From Clostridia bacterium (GTDB taxonomy: Bacteria > Bacillota > Clostridia > Oscillospirales > CAG-272): 64,000 bases of DNA. Location: NCBI GenBank assembly GCA_017451545.1, contig JAFTOB010000160.1:3751-67750 (forward strand), written 5' to 3'. The notes under the pieces were generated by a model. The model worked only from the letters and a program-made list of their open reading frames with translations, did no database searches and was not told the DNA's origin. Shown piece by piece: positions 25,732 to 33,680 of this stretch (the stretch's first letter is position 1; every line of letters starts with the position of its first letter). The position numbers were made by a program, and so were the translations under genes.

Positions 25732-27608
25732 CTGTTATCTCCTGTGAGAGTTATTCTTTTTAAAATGTCATCGGCGGACAGACCTGCCGACTCGTATACC
25801 GTTTTGTCTTTTTCGCTTCTTATAAATGCGTTTTCAAGGGCCATTATCGAATACTGCTTGCCCTCAAGGGAGCCGAGCTCACGCAGAGCCTCGGACAGGA
25901 GCATTCCCATACCGCCCGTTTTGATCTCTTCCTCGAGGAAGAGTATCTGTTTTGCGGACTTGACGGCTTCGGCAAGCCCTTCTGCGAGCTCGCGGTAGGG
26001 AGACAGCTTTTCGATGAGTACGATTCCGAGGCTTGTCCGTCCCTCGAGCATCTTCTTTGCGCGGAGCGCCTCCCTGACGATAACGCCGTCGGTTATGACG
26101 AGCACCTCAGGCTTGTCCTCGGGGCCAAAATCGGTTTTGAAGCTCAGGCTGCCGACCTTTCCGTCGGGATAAAATACCTCTCCGATCTCCTCGCTCGGGC
26201 AGCCCTTGGGATAGCGGATGGCAGATGGGCCGCTGAGGGTCATTGCCTCCTCCATAGCCGCTTCAAGCGCGGCCGCCGTGGTTGGTGTGTAGATGGTCAG
26301 CCCGGGGATCTGAGAGAGGAAGGCCACGTCGAAGATGCCGTGGTGTGTGGGGCCGTCATCGGCATTTATGCCTGCTCGGTCGATACACATAATAACGGGG
26401 AGCTTTTGCAGTGCTATATCGTGAATTATGTTGTCATATGCTCTCTGGAGGAAGGTGGAATATACGGCAACCACGGGTCTCATTCCCTCGGCGGCGAGAC
26501 CTGCCGCGAAGGTGAGTGCGTGCTCCTCGGCGATTCCCACGTCGAAAAACCTATCCTTATGTGCGGCGGCGAAGATATCGAGCCCCGTACCCTGCGCCAT
26601 GGCCGCCGTGATAGCACATATGCGACCGTCCGATTCGGCCATCGCCGTCAGCTTTTCACCGAATATCTGCGAAAAGCTTCTGTTTTGAGGCTTGCTTGCT
26701 GACTTTGACATAGAGTGGTAGGAATCCGGGTGGCTCTCGGCGGGCTCGTAGCCCTTGCCCTTCACGGTCTTGACGTGGATGAGCGTGCTCTGCTTTGCCG
26801 CCTTGGCTTCCTCAAGCAGGCGCTCGAGGGCTGCGGTATCGTGACCGTTGACGGGACCGAGATAGTAAAGTCCCATATCCTCAAAGTAATTACTGCCGTA
26901 CATAGCGTTTTTCAGCGACTTTTTACGCTTTTTGATAAAGTTGAAAAGTCCCTTGCCTATGAGGGGGATCCGTTTTATAAAATTACGTGTGGCGCGCTTG
27001 GTTTTGAGATAGCTCTTGCCCGCGCGAAGCTTTGCTATGTTTTTTGCGAAATGGCCGATGTTTTTGGAGATCGACATTTCATTCTCATTGAGAATTATAA
27101 TAAGGCGCAGGTTCTGCGCGCAATTATTCAGTGCCTCGTGGATCATTCCTCCCGTGAAGGCTCCGTCACCCACCACAGCCACGGTCACGGCATCCGAGCC
27201 GCAAAGCCGATCGGCCTCGGCAAATCCGATAGCCGCTGAAAGCGAGGTGGAGCTGTGCCCTGCGCCGAAGCAATCGTACTCGCTTTCGTCTCGGCTCGTA
27301 AAGCCCGCAAGGCCGCCTCCTGCGCGAAGGGTGTGAAAATTGTCCCGTCTTCCGGTGAGTATTTTATGTACGTAGCTCTGATGCCCGACGTCCCAGATAA
27401 GGTGGTCGCGTGGCAGGTCGAGAACTCTGTGCAATGCAACGGTAAGCTCTACAACGCCGAGATTTGAAGAAAGGTGCCCGCCCGTTACACGGATGTTTTC
27501 AACCAAAAAATCGCGTATCTCATCGGTCAGCGCGGCGATCTCGGCTCTCGAGAGCCCTTTAAGATCCTCGGGGCGATCTATTCTGTTCAATATCTTATAC
27601 TCGCCCAT
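25728..27608 (-). CDS. dxs: 1-deoxy-D-xylulose-5-phosphate synthase
   Basis: GGHLSSNLGVVELTVALH and DVGHQSYVHKILTGR motifs, plus TPP-binding and transketolase-like parts. I prefer the start MGEYKILN at 27608, which follows GGAG. Confidence 0.9.
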   Translation of the reverse strand: MGEYKILNRIDRPEDLKGLSRAEIAALTDEIRDFLVENIRVTGGHLSSNLGVVELTVALHRVLDLPRDHLIWDVGHQSYVHKILTGRRDNFHTLRAGGGLAGFTSRDESEYDCFGAGHSSTSLSAAIGFAEADRLCGSDAVTVAVVGDGAFTGGMIHEALNNCAQNLRLIIILNENEMSISKNIGHFAKNIAKLRAGKSYLKTKRATRNFIKRIPLIGKGLFNFIKKRKKSLKNAMYGSNYFEDMGLYYLGPVNGHDTAALERLLEEAKAAKQSTLIHVKTVKGKGYEPAESHPDSYHSMSKSASKPQNRSFSQIFGEKLTAMAESDGRICAITAAMAQGTGLDIFAAAHKDRFFDVGIAEEHALTFAAGLAAEGMRPVVAVYSTFLQRAYDNIIHDIALQKLPVIMCIDRAGINADDGPTHHGIFDVAFLSQIPGLTIYTPTTAAALEAAMEEAMTLSGPSAIRYPKGCPSEEIGEVFYPDGKVGSLSFKTDFGPEDKPEVLVITDGVIVREALRAKKMLEGRTSLGIVLIEKLSPYRELAEGLAEAVKSAKQILFLEEEIKTGGMGMLLSEALRELGSLEGKQYSIMALENAFIRSEKDKTVYESAGLSADDILKRITLTGDNR

Positions 27609-27738
27609 AATAATCTCCATTTTATTAATAATATAATTATACCACAAAAAGGGCGCGTAAACAATAGGAAAACGTCGATTTTCCAAAAAATTCTATATGA
27701 TTTTTCGAAAATTTTTCAAAGTTTTTTTCAAAAAAGTG

Positions 27739-27767
27739 TTGACAAACGAACGGGCGCGTGATATAAT
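27739..27767 (+). promoter_or_regulatory. consensus promoter of ylxM-ffh-rpsP
   Basis: TTGACA-17 nt-TATAAT. Confidence 0.7.
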
Positions 27768-27825
27768 GTGTAAAGCATTTTGCTTTACAGCAAAAATCGC
27801 CTAAAATCATCGGACGGTGAGGCTT

Positions 27826-28167
27826 ATGTTTGAAAAAAATCTTGAGATGAGCTTCCTGCTCGATTTCTACGGCGACGTGCTGAGCGAGCGCAAAAGAAGC
27901 GTTATGACCATGTATTATAACGAGGATCTTTCCCTTTCCGAGATCGCCGACGAGATCGGCATTTCCCGTCAGGGCGTTCGCGAGCTTATCAAAAAATCCG
28001 AGGACGAGCTGACCACCCTTGAGCAAAAGCTGGGGCTGGCTCAGAAGTCTGTCATCGCGCGTGAGTGCGCCGAGCGTCTTAAGGCTCTGCTCACCGACTG
28101 CGAGATCGACTCCCCCGTCAAAAGCGAGATGCTGGCGCTGGCAGAAGCGCTTGAGAACAACACCTGA
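27826..28167 (+). CDS. ylxM: YlxM/UPF0122 HTH protein (SRP-operon associated)
   Basis: MFEKNLEMSFLLDFYGDVLSERKRSVMTMYYNEDLSLSEIADEIGISRQGV is colinear with B. subtilis YlxM. Start is the ATG at 27826; the track start at 27817 is a GTG. Confidence 0.8.
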   Translation: MFEKNLEMSFLLDFYGDVLSERKRSVMTMYYNEDLSLSEIADEIGISRQGVRELIKKSEDELTTLEQKLGLAQKSVIARECAERLKALLTDCEIDSPVKSEMLALAEALENNT

Positions 28168-28190
28168 AAAAACCGAAGGGAGGGAAAGTT

Positions 28191-29525
28191 GTGGCTTTCC
28201 AAAGCTTATCCGAAAAACTCAGCAATGCCTTTAAAAAGTTCCGTAACAAGGGCAAGCTGACCGAGGCCGACGTTAAGGAAGGTATGCGCGAGATCAAGCT
28301 GGCGCTCCTTGAGGCTGACGTTAACTTCAAGGTCGTGCGCGAGTTCGTCAAAACCGTTTCGGAGCGCGCCGTCGGCAGTGACGTGCTGGAATCCCTCGTT
28401 CCCGCTCAGCAGATAGTAAAGATAGTCAACGAGGAGCTTACCAATATTATGGGCGGCTCCCAGAGCAAGCTTACCATCTCACCCAAGCCCCCCACAGTCG
28501 TTATGATGGTCGGCCTTCAGGGTGCGGGTAAGACCACTCACGCGGGCAAGCTCGCCGGAATGTACAAGAAGCAGGGCAAGCGTCCCCTTCTCGTGGCCTG
28601 CGACGTTTACCGCCCTGCCGCTATCAAGCAGCTCGAGGTCGTGGGCGCACAGCTCGACATCCCCGTCTTCCAGATGGGCGACAAGGTCTCCCCTGTCAAG
28701 ATCGCCGAGGAGGGTCTCAAATACGCCGTATCCAAAGGATACGACATGGTATTTGTGGATACCGCGGGACGTCTTCATATCGACGAGGAGCTGATGGCCG
28801 AGCTTCAGGCCATTAAAGCCAAGGTCGAGCCCTCGGAGATCCTGCTCACCGTCGACTCCATGATCGGTCAGGACGCAGTCAACGTGGCGCAGACCTTCAA
28901 CGATCTCCTTGATATAACCGGCGTGATCCTTACAAAGCTCGACGGTGACACCCGTGGCGGTGCCGCGCTGTCGATCAAATATATCACAGGCAAGCCCATC
29001 AAGTTCGTGGGTATGGGCGAAAAGCTCGATGCGATCGAGCCCTTCCACCCCGACCGTATGGCAAGCCGAATCCTCGGAATGGGCGCCGTGCTCACCCTTA
29101 TCGAAAAGGCAGAGCAAGCCTACGACGAGAAAAAGGCGGCCGAGCTTGAGCAAAAGCTCCGTCAGTCCACCTTCACCCTTGACGATTACCTTGACCAGTT
29201 CAAGCAGCTCAAGGATATGGGCAACCTCGACCAGCTTATGGGTATGGTTCCCGGCGTTAAGCCCGGCGCACTCAAGGAAGCGAAGATCGACGAAAAGGCG
29301 CTGGCGCGCACCGAGGCGATCATCCTCTCCATGACTCCCGCCGAGCGCAACAAGCCCGAGCTTCTCAACGCATCCCGCAAAAAGAGGATCGCGGCAGGAA
29401 GCGGTACCTCGGTCGAGGAGGTCAACAAGCTGCTCAAGCAGTTTGACCAGATCAAAACTCTTATGAAACAGTTTGCCGGCGGCGGAAAGCGCGGAAAGTT
29501 CGGCAAAATGAAGCTTCCCCTTTGA
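28191..29525 (+). CDS. ffh: signal recognition particle protein Ffh
   Basis: GTG start following [21 protein letters not shown] and TKLDGD G-domain motifs, and a Met-rich M domain. Confidence 0.95.
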   Translation: MAFQSLSEKLSNAFKKFRNKGKLTEADVKEGMREIKLALLEADVNFKVVREFVKTVSERAVGSDVLESLVPAQQIVKIVNEELTNIMGGSQSKLTISPKPPTVVMMVGLQGAGKTTHAGKLAGMYKKQGKRPLLVACDVYRPAAIKQLEVVGAQLDIPVFQMGDKVSPVKIAEEGLKYAVSKGYDMVFVDTAGRLHIDEELMAELQAIKAKVEPSEILLTVDSMIGQDAVNVAQTFNDLLDITGVILTKLDGDTRGGAALSIKYITGKPIKFVGMGEKLDAIEPFHPDRMASRILGMGAVLTLIEKAEQAYDEKKAAELEQKLRQSTFTLDDYLDQFKQLKDMGNLDQLMGMVPGVKPGALKEAKIDEKALARTEAIILSMTPAERNKPELLNASRKKRIAAGSGTSVEEVNKLLKQFDQIKTLMKQFAGGGKRGKFGKMKLPL

Positions 29526-29566
29526 CAAAATTAAAAAAATATAAATATTTTTGGAGGAAAACAAAA

Positions 29567-29812
29567 ATGGCAGTTAAAATCAGACTCAGAAGAATGGGCG
29601 CAAAGAAGGCTCCCTTCTACCGCGTTATCGTTGCAGACAGCCGCTCGCCCAGAAACGGCAGATTCATCGAGGAGATCGGTACTTACAATCCCCTGACCGA
29701 GCCTGCACAGGTCAACATCGACGCTGAGAAGGCAAAGAAGTGGATCGCCAACGGCGCACAGCCCACCGAGACCGTCAAGTCCCTGCTCAAGAAGAACGGC
29801 ATTATTGACTAA
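29567..29812 (+). CDS. rpsP: 30S ribosomal protein bS16
   Basis: [42 protein letters not shown]. Confidence 0.95.
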   Translation: MAVKIRLRRMGAKKAPFYRVIVADSRSPRNGRFIEEIGTYNPLTEPAQVNIDAEKAKKWIANGAQPTETVKSLLKKNGIID

Positions 29813-29828
29813 TTTTTGGTGAACCGTA

Positions 29829-30065
29829 ATGATCGATCTGAAAGAGACGTTAACGAACATCGCCAAAGCCCTCGTTGACTCGCCCGATGAGGTGGTAGTC
29901 ACCGAGACCGTTGACGGAAAAAACGTCAACCTTGTCCTCAGCGTCGCTGCTGACGATATGGGTATGGTCATCGGACGCCACGGTAAGATCGCCAAAGCGA
30001 TCAGAACCGTTATGAAGGCGGCAGCTAACTCTGCCGACAAGAGAGTCAACGTCGAAATTAAGTAA
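29829..30065 (+). CDS. KH-domain RNA-binding protein (YlqC/UPF0109)
   Basis: VIGRHGKIAKAIRTVMKA is a GXXG KH motif. Its position after rpsP is the usual one. Confidence 0.85.
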   Translation: MIDLKETLTNIAKALVDSPDEVVVTETVDGKNVNLVLSVAADDMGMVIGRHGKIAKAIRTVMKAAANSADKRVNVEIK

Positions 30066-30071
30066 GACGGC

Positions 30072-30112
30072 AAAAAAGACGCAATACAGTATCTCTGCCT
30101 TGCGTCTTTTTT
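30072..30112. terminator. bidirectional terminator
   Basis: aagacgcaa-15 nt-ttgcgtctt flanked by A and T runs, between convergent genes. Confidence 0.6.
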
Positions 30113-30115
30113 ATT

Positions 30116-31477
30116 TTATTTTCTTCTGAGCCTGATCAGATAACAGCTAAAATTGGGCAGTATCAGCTCTGGAACAAAGCGATCGCCGTAATACGTTGCT
30201 TTGCCGACAAGCTCCAGATTATGAGTATCATCGAGCAAATAGAACTCTGCCTGTGTTCCGTTCTCGCCGCCGAATCCCGAGAGATCAACGGAAAACGTTT
30301 GAGGCTCTGTGCTGTCATCATCATTAAAATGAGTCAGTATAACCGCCGCTTCATTCTCATTCCTTGCCGCGCAGATAAATCCGTTATTCTCCGCCGTAGC
30401 CTCAACACTTTCGCCGAGGCGATAAAGCTCGTTGAACATAGTAAAAGGATAATATCCCTTGAGAACTCTGCCGATCACCGTGCAGTCAAACATTCCGTTC
30501 CAGAATTCGTTTGGACGGGCATCGTAATACATAAGCATATCAATGGAAGAATATTGACAAGCGCACATTGTGGCAAGCGAGAAGGCTGCGCCCTTTATCT
30601 TTCCGCGCTGATCGTGGCTGTAAACGATATCGTCTCCGTGCCAACCGAGCACGTAGTTCCATTCGTTTAGAATGCTCTCCGTGTCTTTAAAGCCGTATTT
30701 ATCGAGAAGCTCGCGGGTCTTTATCGCCCTGGTAGTTATTCTTTCAACGTTATGAGCATAAACGTGCCATGAGAAGAAGTCAAGCGGTGCTTTGAGCTGA
30801 GACAGGAACATCTCCGCCCACTCATAATTGCCGGCCAGTGCGGGACCGCCTATCTTCAAATGGGGGAAGCATTTTTTCAGATGCGTTGCCACAACGTGAT
30901 AAAACTCGAAAAACTGCTCGGGCGTGCCGCTCCACGTAGCGCTGACCTTATCTTCCATACCGTAATAAAGATCGGGTTCGTTCCATATTTCCCAATAATC
31001 CATTTTGAAATTGAAGCCGTCAGCCCAGCCCTCGGTGTAATGGCGGATTATATGCTCGCAGATGACCGCCCATTTATGAAAATCCTTCGGTGGATGGATG
31101 CCGTATTTTTTGATCTCGTGCTCTATTCTGTGTCCGAGGCGGTAAAACACCTCCGTGTTTGCGAGATAGCAGCCCTGAACGTACTGATCGGTGAGCGCAA
31201 AATCATAATTTTCGGGATCTGTGGGATCGGCGTCAAAATTCGGGAAAATATAATAAACGTCAACCGTATGCTCCTGACCGTAACGGTGATAGAACGACGA
31301 ATCGTGGGTTCTCGCGTACGGAATACCCGCGTTTTTGAATTCATACAAATTGTTGTTGAAGGGATGCAAGGTCCCGTTTTCAACGTCTTTGAGCTGAACC
31401 GACGGACCGTTATTTACCGCGTGCATTGGCTTGACCGCACCGAGAGTTTTTTCAAAGTTGACCTTTAAGTTTGGCAT
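30116..31477 (-). CDS. clan GH-A glycoside hydrolase (GH39-like)
   Basis: YWEIWNEPD (acid/base NEP) and ILNEWN (candidate nucleophile) in a 453-aa protein with no signal peptide. Confidence 0.55.
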   Translation of the reverse strand: MPNLKVNFEKTLGAVKPMHAVNNGPSVQLKDVENGTLHPFNNNLYEFKNAGIPYARTHDSSFYHRYGQEHTVDVYYIFPNFDADPTDPENYDFALTDQYVQGCYLANTEVFYRLGHRIEHEIKKYGIHPPKDFHKWAVICEHIIRHYTEGWADGFNFKMDYWEIWNEPDLYYGMEDKVSATWSGTPEQFFEFYHVVATHLKKCFPHLKIGGPALAGNYEWAEMFLSQLKAPLDFFSWHVYAHNVERITTRAIKTRELLDKYGFKDTESILNEWNYVLGWHGDDIVYSHDQRGKIKGAAFSLATMCACQYSSIDMLMYYDARPNEFWNGMFDCTVIGRVLKGYYPFTMFNELYRLGESVEATAENNGFICAARNENEAAVILTHFNDDDSTEPQTFSVDLSGFGGENGTQAEFYLLDDTHNLELVGKATYYGDRFVPELILPNFSCYLIRLRRK

Positions 31478-31574
31478 TTTTGTCCTCCGCTAATATTTTA
31501 TTGAAACAATTATACCCCAATCACAGCTTTGTTGTCAAGAGCTTTAAAAAAGCAGAAAATTTTTCTGTAAAAAA

Positions 31575-31601
31575 AGCTCCGAGGCATTTTGCCTCGGAGC
31601 T
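31575..31601 (-). terminator. terminator after rpmA
   Basis: agctccgaggc-atttt-gcctcggagct with a U run on the minus strand. Confidence 0.8.
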
Positions 31602-31609
31602 TTTATGAA

Positions 31610-31888
31610 TTAGTCGGCGTAAACGCTGACCTGCTTCTTGTCCTTTGTCTTGTACTCAAACTTTACCTTGCCGTCGGTGAGAGCAAAGAGAGTGTAATCC
31701 TTGCCGCAGCCAACGTTCTGACCGGCAAGTATTGCGGAACCGCGCTGTCTGACAATGATATTGCCGGCAACAACGTGTGCGCCGTCTGCCTTCTTAACGC
31801 CGAGACGCTTGGATTCGCTGTCACGACCGTTCTTGGTAGAACCGACACCCTTTTTATGTGCAAAGAACTGTAAACCGATTCTCAACAT
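31610..31888 (-). CDS. rpmA: 50S ribosomal protein bL27 with cleavable N-terminal extension
   Basis: [32 protein letters not shown]. Confidence 0.95.
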   Translation of the reverse strand: MLRIGLQFFAHKKGVGSTKNGRDSESKRLGVKKADGAHVVAGNIIVRQRGSAILAGQNVGCGKDYTLFALTDGKVKFEYKTKDKKQVSVYAD

Positions 31889-31905
31889 CGTTTTTTCCTC
31901 CGTTA

Positions 31906-32274
31906 TTATTTGTTTGCGGCATAATCGCGATCGATGACTTCGACCGACAGATTATCGTAATACTCCTCAAGCAGATCGTTCAGCTGATAATAATATCCGC
32001 AGAACAGACCGGAAACCGCGTAACGCTTTGCGTCATCGTCCTCATACTCGGCAAGTGCCGCGCGTGACATGACCTTTATGTTGGTTGCGCCTTCGTTTAC
32101 GGTGTAATCCACGTCAGAGGCGTATGCTATCTCGATCGTGTTAACGATCAGCATGGTCATTGCCGAAAGCGCCGCGCACAGGATATCCTGCCCTTCATCG
32201 GCGTAACCGGTATGGCCTTCTTCCTCAAATCCGTAGAAGCTGCCGCCGCTTCTGAAAAATGTGATTTTTGTCAT
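31906..32274 (-). CDS. prp: ribosomal-processing cysteine protease Prp
   Basis: [20 protein letters not shown] motif, located between rplU and rpmA. Confidence 0.85.
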   Translation of the reverse strand: MTKITFFRSGGSFYGFEEEGHTGYADEGQDILCAALSAMTMLIVNTIEIAYASDVDYTVNEGATNIKVMSRAALAEYEDDDAKRYAVSGLFCGYYYQLNDLLEEYYDNLSVEVIDRDYAANK

Positions 32275-32585
32275 TAGCCCTCGATAGCTGTGATCTGAAC
32301 CTTAGTGTAAGGCTGTCTGTGACCGATCTTCTTCTTCTCGTTCTTCTTGGGCTTGTACTTCATAACGTAGATCTTCTTAGCCTTGCCGTTCTTGAGTACG
32401 TTTGCAGTAACCTTAGCACCCTCGACAACGGGAGCGCCAAACTTAACTGCGTCGCCTGCGGAGATAGCCATTACACGGTCAAATGTAACGACGTCGCCTT
32501 CTGCAGCTTCGAGCTTTTCGATGAAGATGATATCTCCCTCGTTAACCTTGTACTGCTTTCCGCCTGTTTCGATAATAGCAAACAC
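32274..32585 (-). CDS. rplU: 50S ribosomal protein bL21
   Basis: [19 protein letters not shown] prefer the GTG at 32585, 6 nt after GAGAGGTG. The track start at 32594 lies inside the Shine-Dalgarno sequence. Confidence 0.9.
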   Translation of the reverse strand: MFAIIETGGKQYKVNEGDIIFIEKLEAAEGDVVTFDRVMAISAGDAVKFGAPVVEGAKVTANVLKNGKAKKIYVMKYKPKKNEKKKIGHRQPYTKVQITAIEG

Positions 32586-32673
32586 GAAAAGCACCTCTCT
32601 TTCTCATAGACTCGCTTAGTGGGCGGCGCCTAAAAAAGCGCACTTAAAAAGCCGACACATCATGCGGCAGTAT

Positions 32674-32703
32674 ATTATACCACGACTTTAGTTCGTTTGT
32701 CAA
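32674..32703 (-). promoter_or_regulatory. consensus promoter of rplU-prp-rpmA
   Basis: Minus strand reads TTGACA-18 nt-TATAAT, followed by a structured leader of about 85 nt. Confidence 0.7.
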
Positions 32704-32789
32704 TACTTTTTCGAAATTTATTTCGGATTTTATTGACTTTTTTCGCGATTTTTAATATAATTATAAAAAACGCGGCAGGAGGGCAAAAA

Positions 32790-33320
32790 ATGAAGGCAGA
32801 AACGCTTATTGCGGCTTATTCCGTCATCTCAAAGCGCAAGTACACGACGCGTGCAAAGCTTGCCGAGCTCTGCTCTTTTACCGTTATGACGGCCGGCAAC
32901 GCCGCCCGTGAGCTTAAACGACTGGGGCTTATAAGCGAGCGGATTTTTCCCAGCGCGGGCAAGCTCAGTCCCCTGCCCCTTTGCTTTTCTTTGATCACGG
33001 CGGATAAAGGACGGATCTCTCTTTCAAGAATTAACGAGGCGATGAAGCCCGTGACGTCGAGAACGAAGATAAGAAATTACAGCTTCCACACGGTTGATGA
33101 CGTGGCCATCTTGCTGAACCAATGCTACGAGCCCGACGGAATCTTCCCCGTTCTTTTTTGCCGAGGAATCCCCGAGCTCGAGCTGAAGATCTTCGGCGAC
33201 CTGCTTCCGACGTATATCCCCGTGCCCGACGGCGTGACGAATCTTAAAGAATTTATGATTTCTTGCCTTATAAAGCAAAAAATCGAGGAAAAAGCCCTTG
33301 CAAAAACGGACGAGATGTGA
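32790..33320 (+). CDS. uncharacterised protein with N-terminal winged-helix-like segment
   Basis: The start MKAETLIAAY follows GGAGGG. TRAKLAELCSFTVMTAGNAARELKRLGLI looks like an HTH. Confidence 0.5.
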   Translation: MKAETLIAAYSVISKRKYTTRAKLAELCSFTVMTAGNAARELKRLGLISERIFPSAGKLSPLPLCFSLITADKGRISLSRINEAMKPVTSRTKIRNYSFHTVDDVAILLNQCYEPDGIFPVLFCRGIPELELKIFGDLLPTYIPVPDGVTNLKEFMISCLIKQKIEEKALAKTDEM

Positions 33321-33338
33321 TATAATATCTAACGGCGC

Positions 33339-33413
33339 GCCTGCATAGTTAAATGGATATAATAACCCCCTCCTAAGGGGTAGTTATGGGTTCGATTCCC
33401 GTTGCGGGTGCCA
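33339..33413 (+). tRNA. tRNA-Arg(CCT), 75 nt
   Basis: GCCTGCA-TA-GTTA-AATGGATA-TAAT-A-ACCCC-CTCCTAA-GGGGT-AGTT-ATGGG-TTCGATT-CCCGT-TGCGGGT-G-CCA. The acceptor stem has two G.U pairs, including 1:72. An extended -10 TGATATAAT lies at 33318-33326. Confidence 0.75.
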
Positions 33414-33448
33414 AAAAGCCCAAGCACCGAAAGGTGCTTGGGCTTTTT
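33414..33448 (+). terminator. terminator after tRNA-Arg
   Basis: agcccaagcacc-gaaa-ggtgcttgggct followed by ttttt. Confidence 0.85.
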
Positions 33449-33451
33449 GAT

Positions 33452-33497
33452 ACTTGCACGGCAACACATCTTTGCGCGAAGCGCAAAATTGGGTTCG
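33452..33497. repeat. 46-nt direct repeat, copy A
   Basis: acttgcacggcaacacatctttgcgcgaagcgcaaaattgggttcg, repeated at 33591-33636. Confidence 0.9.
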
Positions 33498-33590
33498 CAT
33501 TTTCGACCAAGGACGGCGGTAGCTCGCTGACCGACGGCCGGGCGAAAATATTGGCCGAAGGCCATGCTTCCCGTTGCGGGCTTTTTTGCC

Positions 33591-33636
33591 ACTTGCACGG
33601 CAACACATCTTTGCGCGAAGCGCAAAATTGGGTTCG
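33591..33636. repeat. 46-nt direct repeat, copy B
   Basis: Identical to copy A. It is preceded at 33568-33580 by ttcccgttgcggg, which equals tRNA-Arg positions 33396-33408. Confidence 0.9.
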
Positions 33637-33647
33637 TAATAACAACG

Positions 33648-33676
33648 CAAGCTCCCCGACGCTGTCGGGGAGCTTG
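33648..33676. terminator. hairpin at the 3' end of the 16.7-kb minus-strand operon
   Basis: caagctccccgac-gct-gtcggggagcttg. Confidence 0.65.
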
Positions 33677-33680
33677 TGTT

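Noticed and set aside
30066-30116. The ffh-rpsP-KH operon stops here instead of continuing with rimM-trmD-rplS, and a convergent glycoside hydrolase gene follows.
   Set aside because: A clean bidirectional terminator separates the two units and there is no remnant of the missing genes. This is ordinary gene-order variation rather than a rearrangement scar that I can demonstrate.
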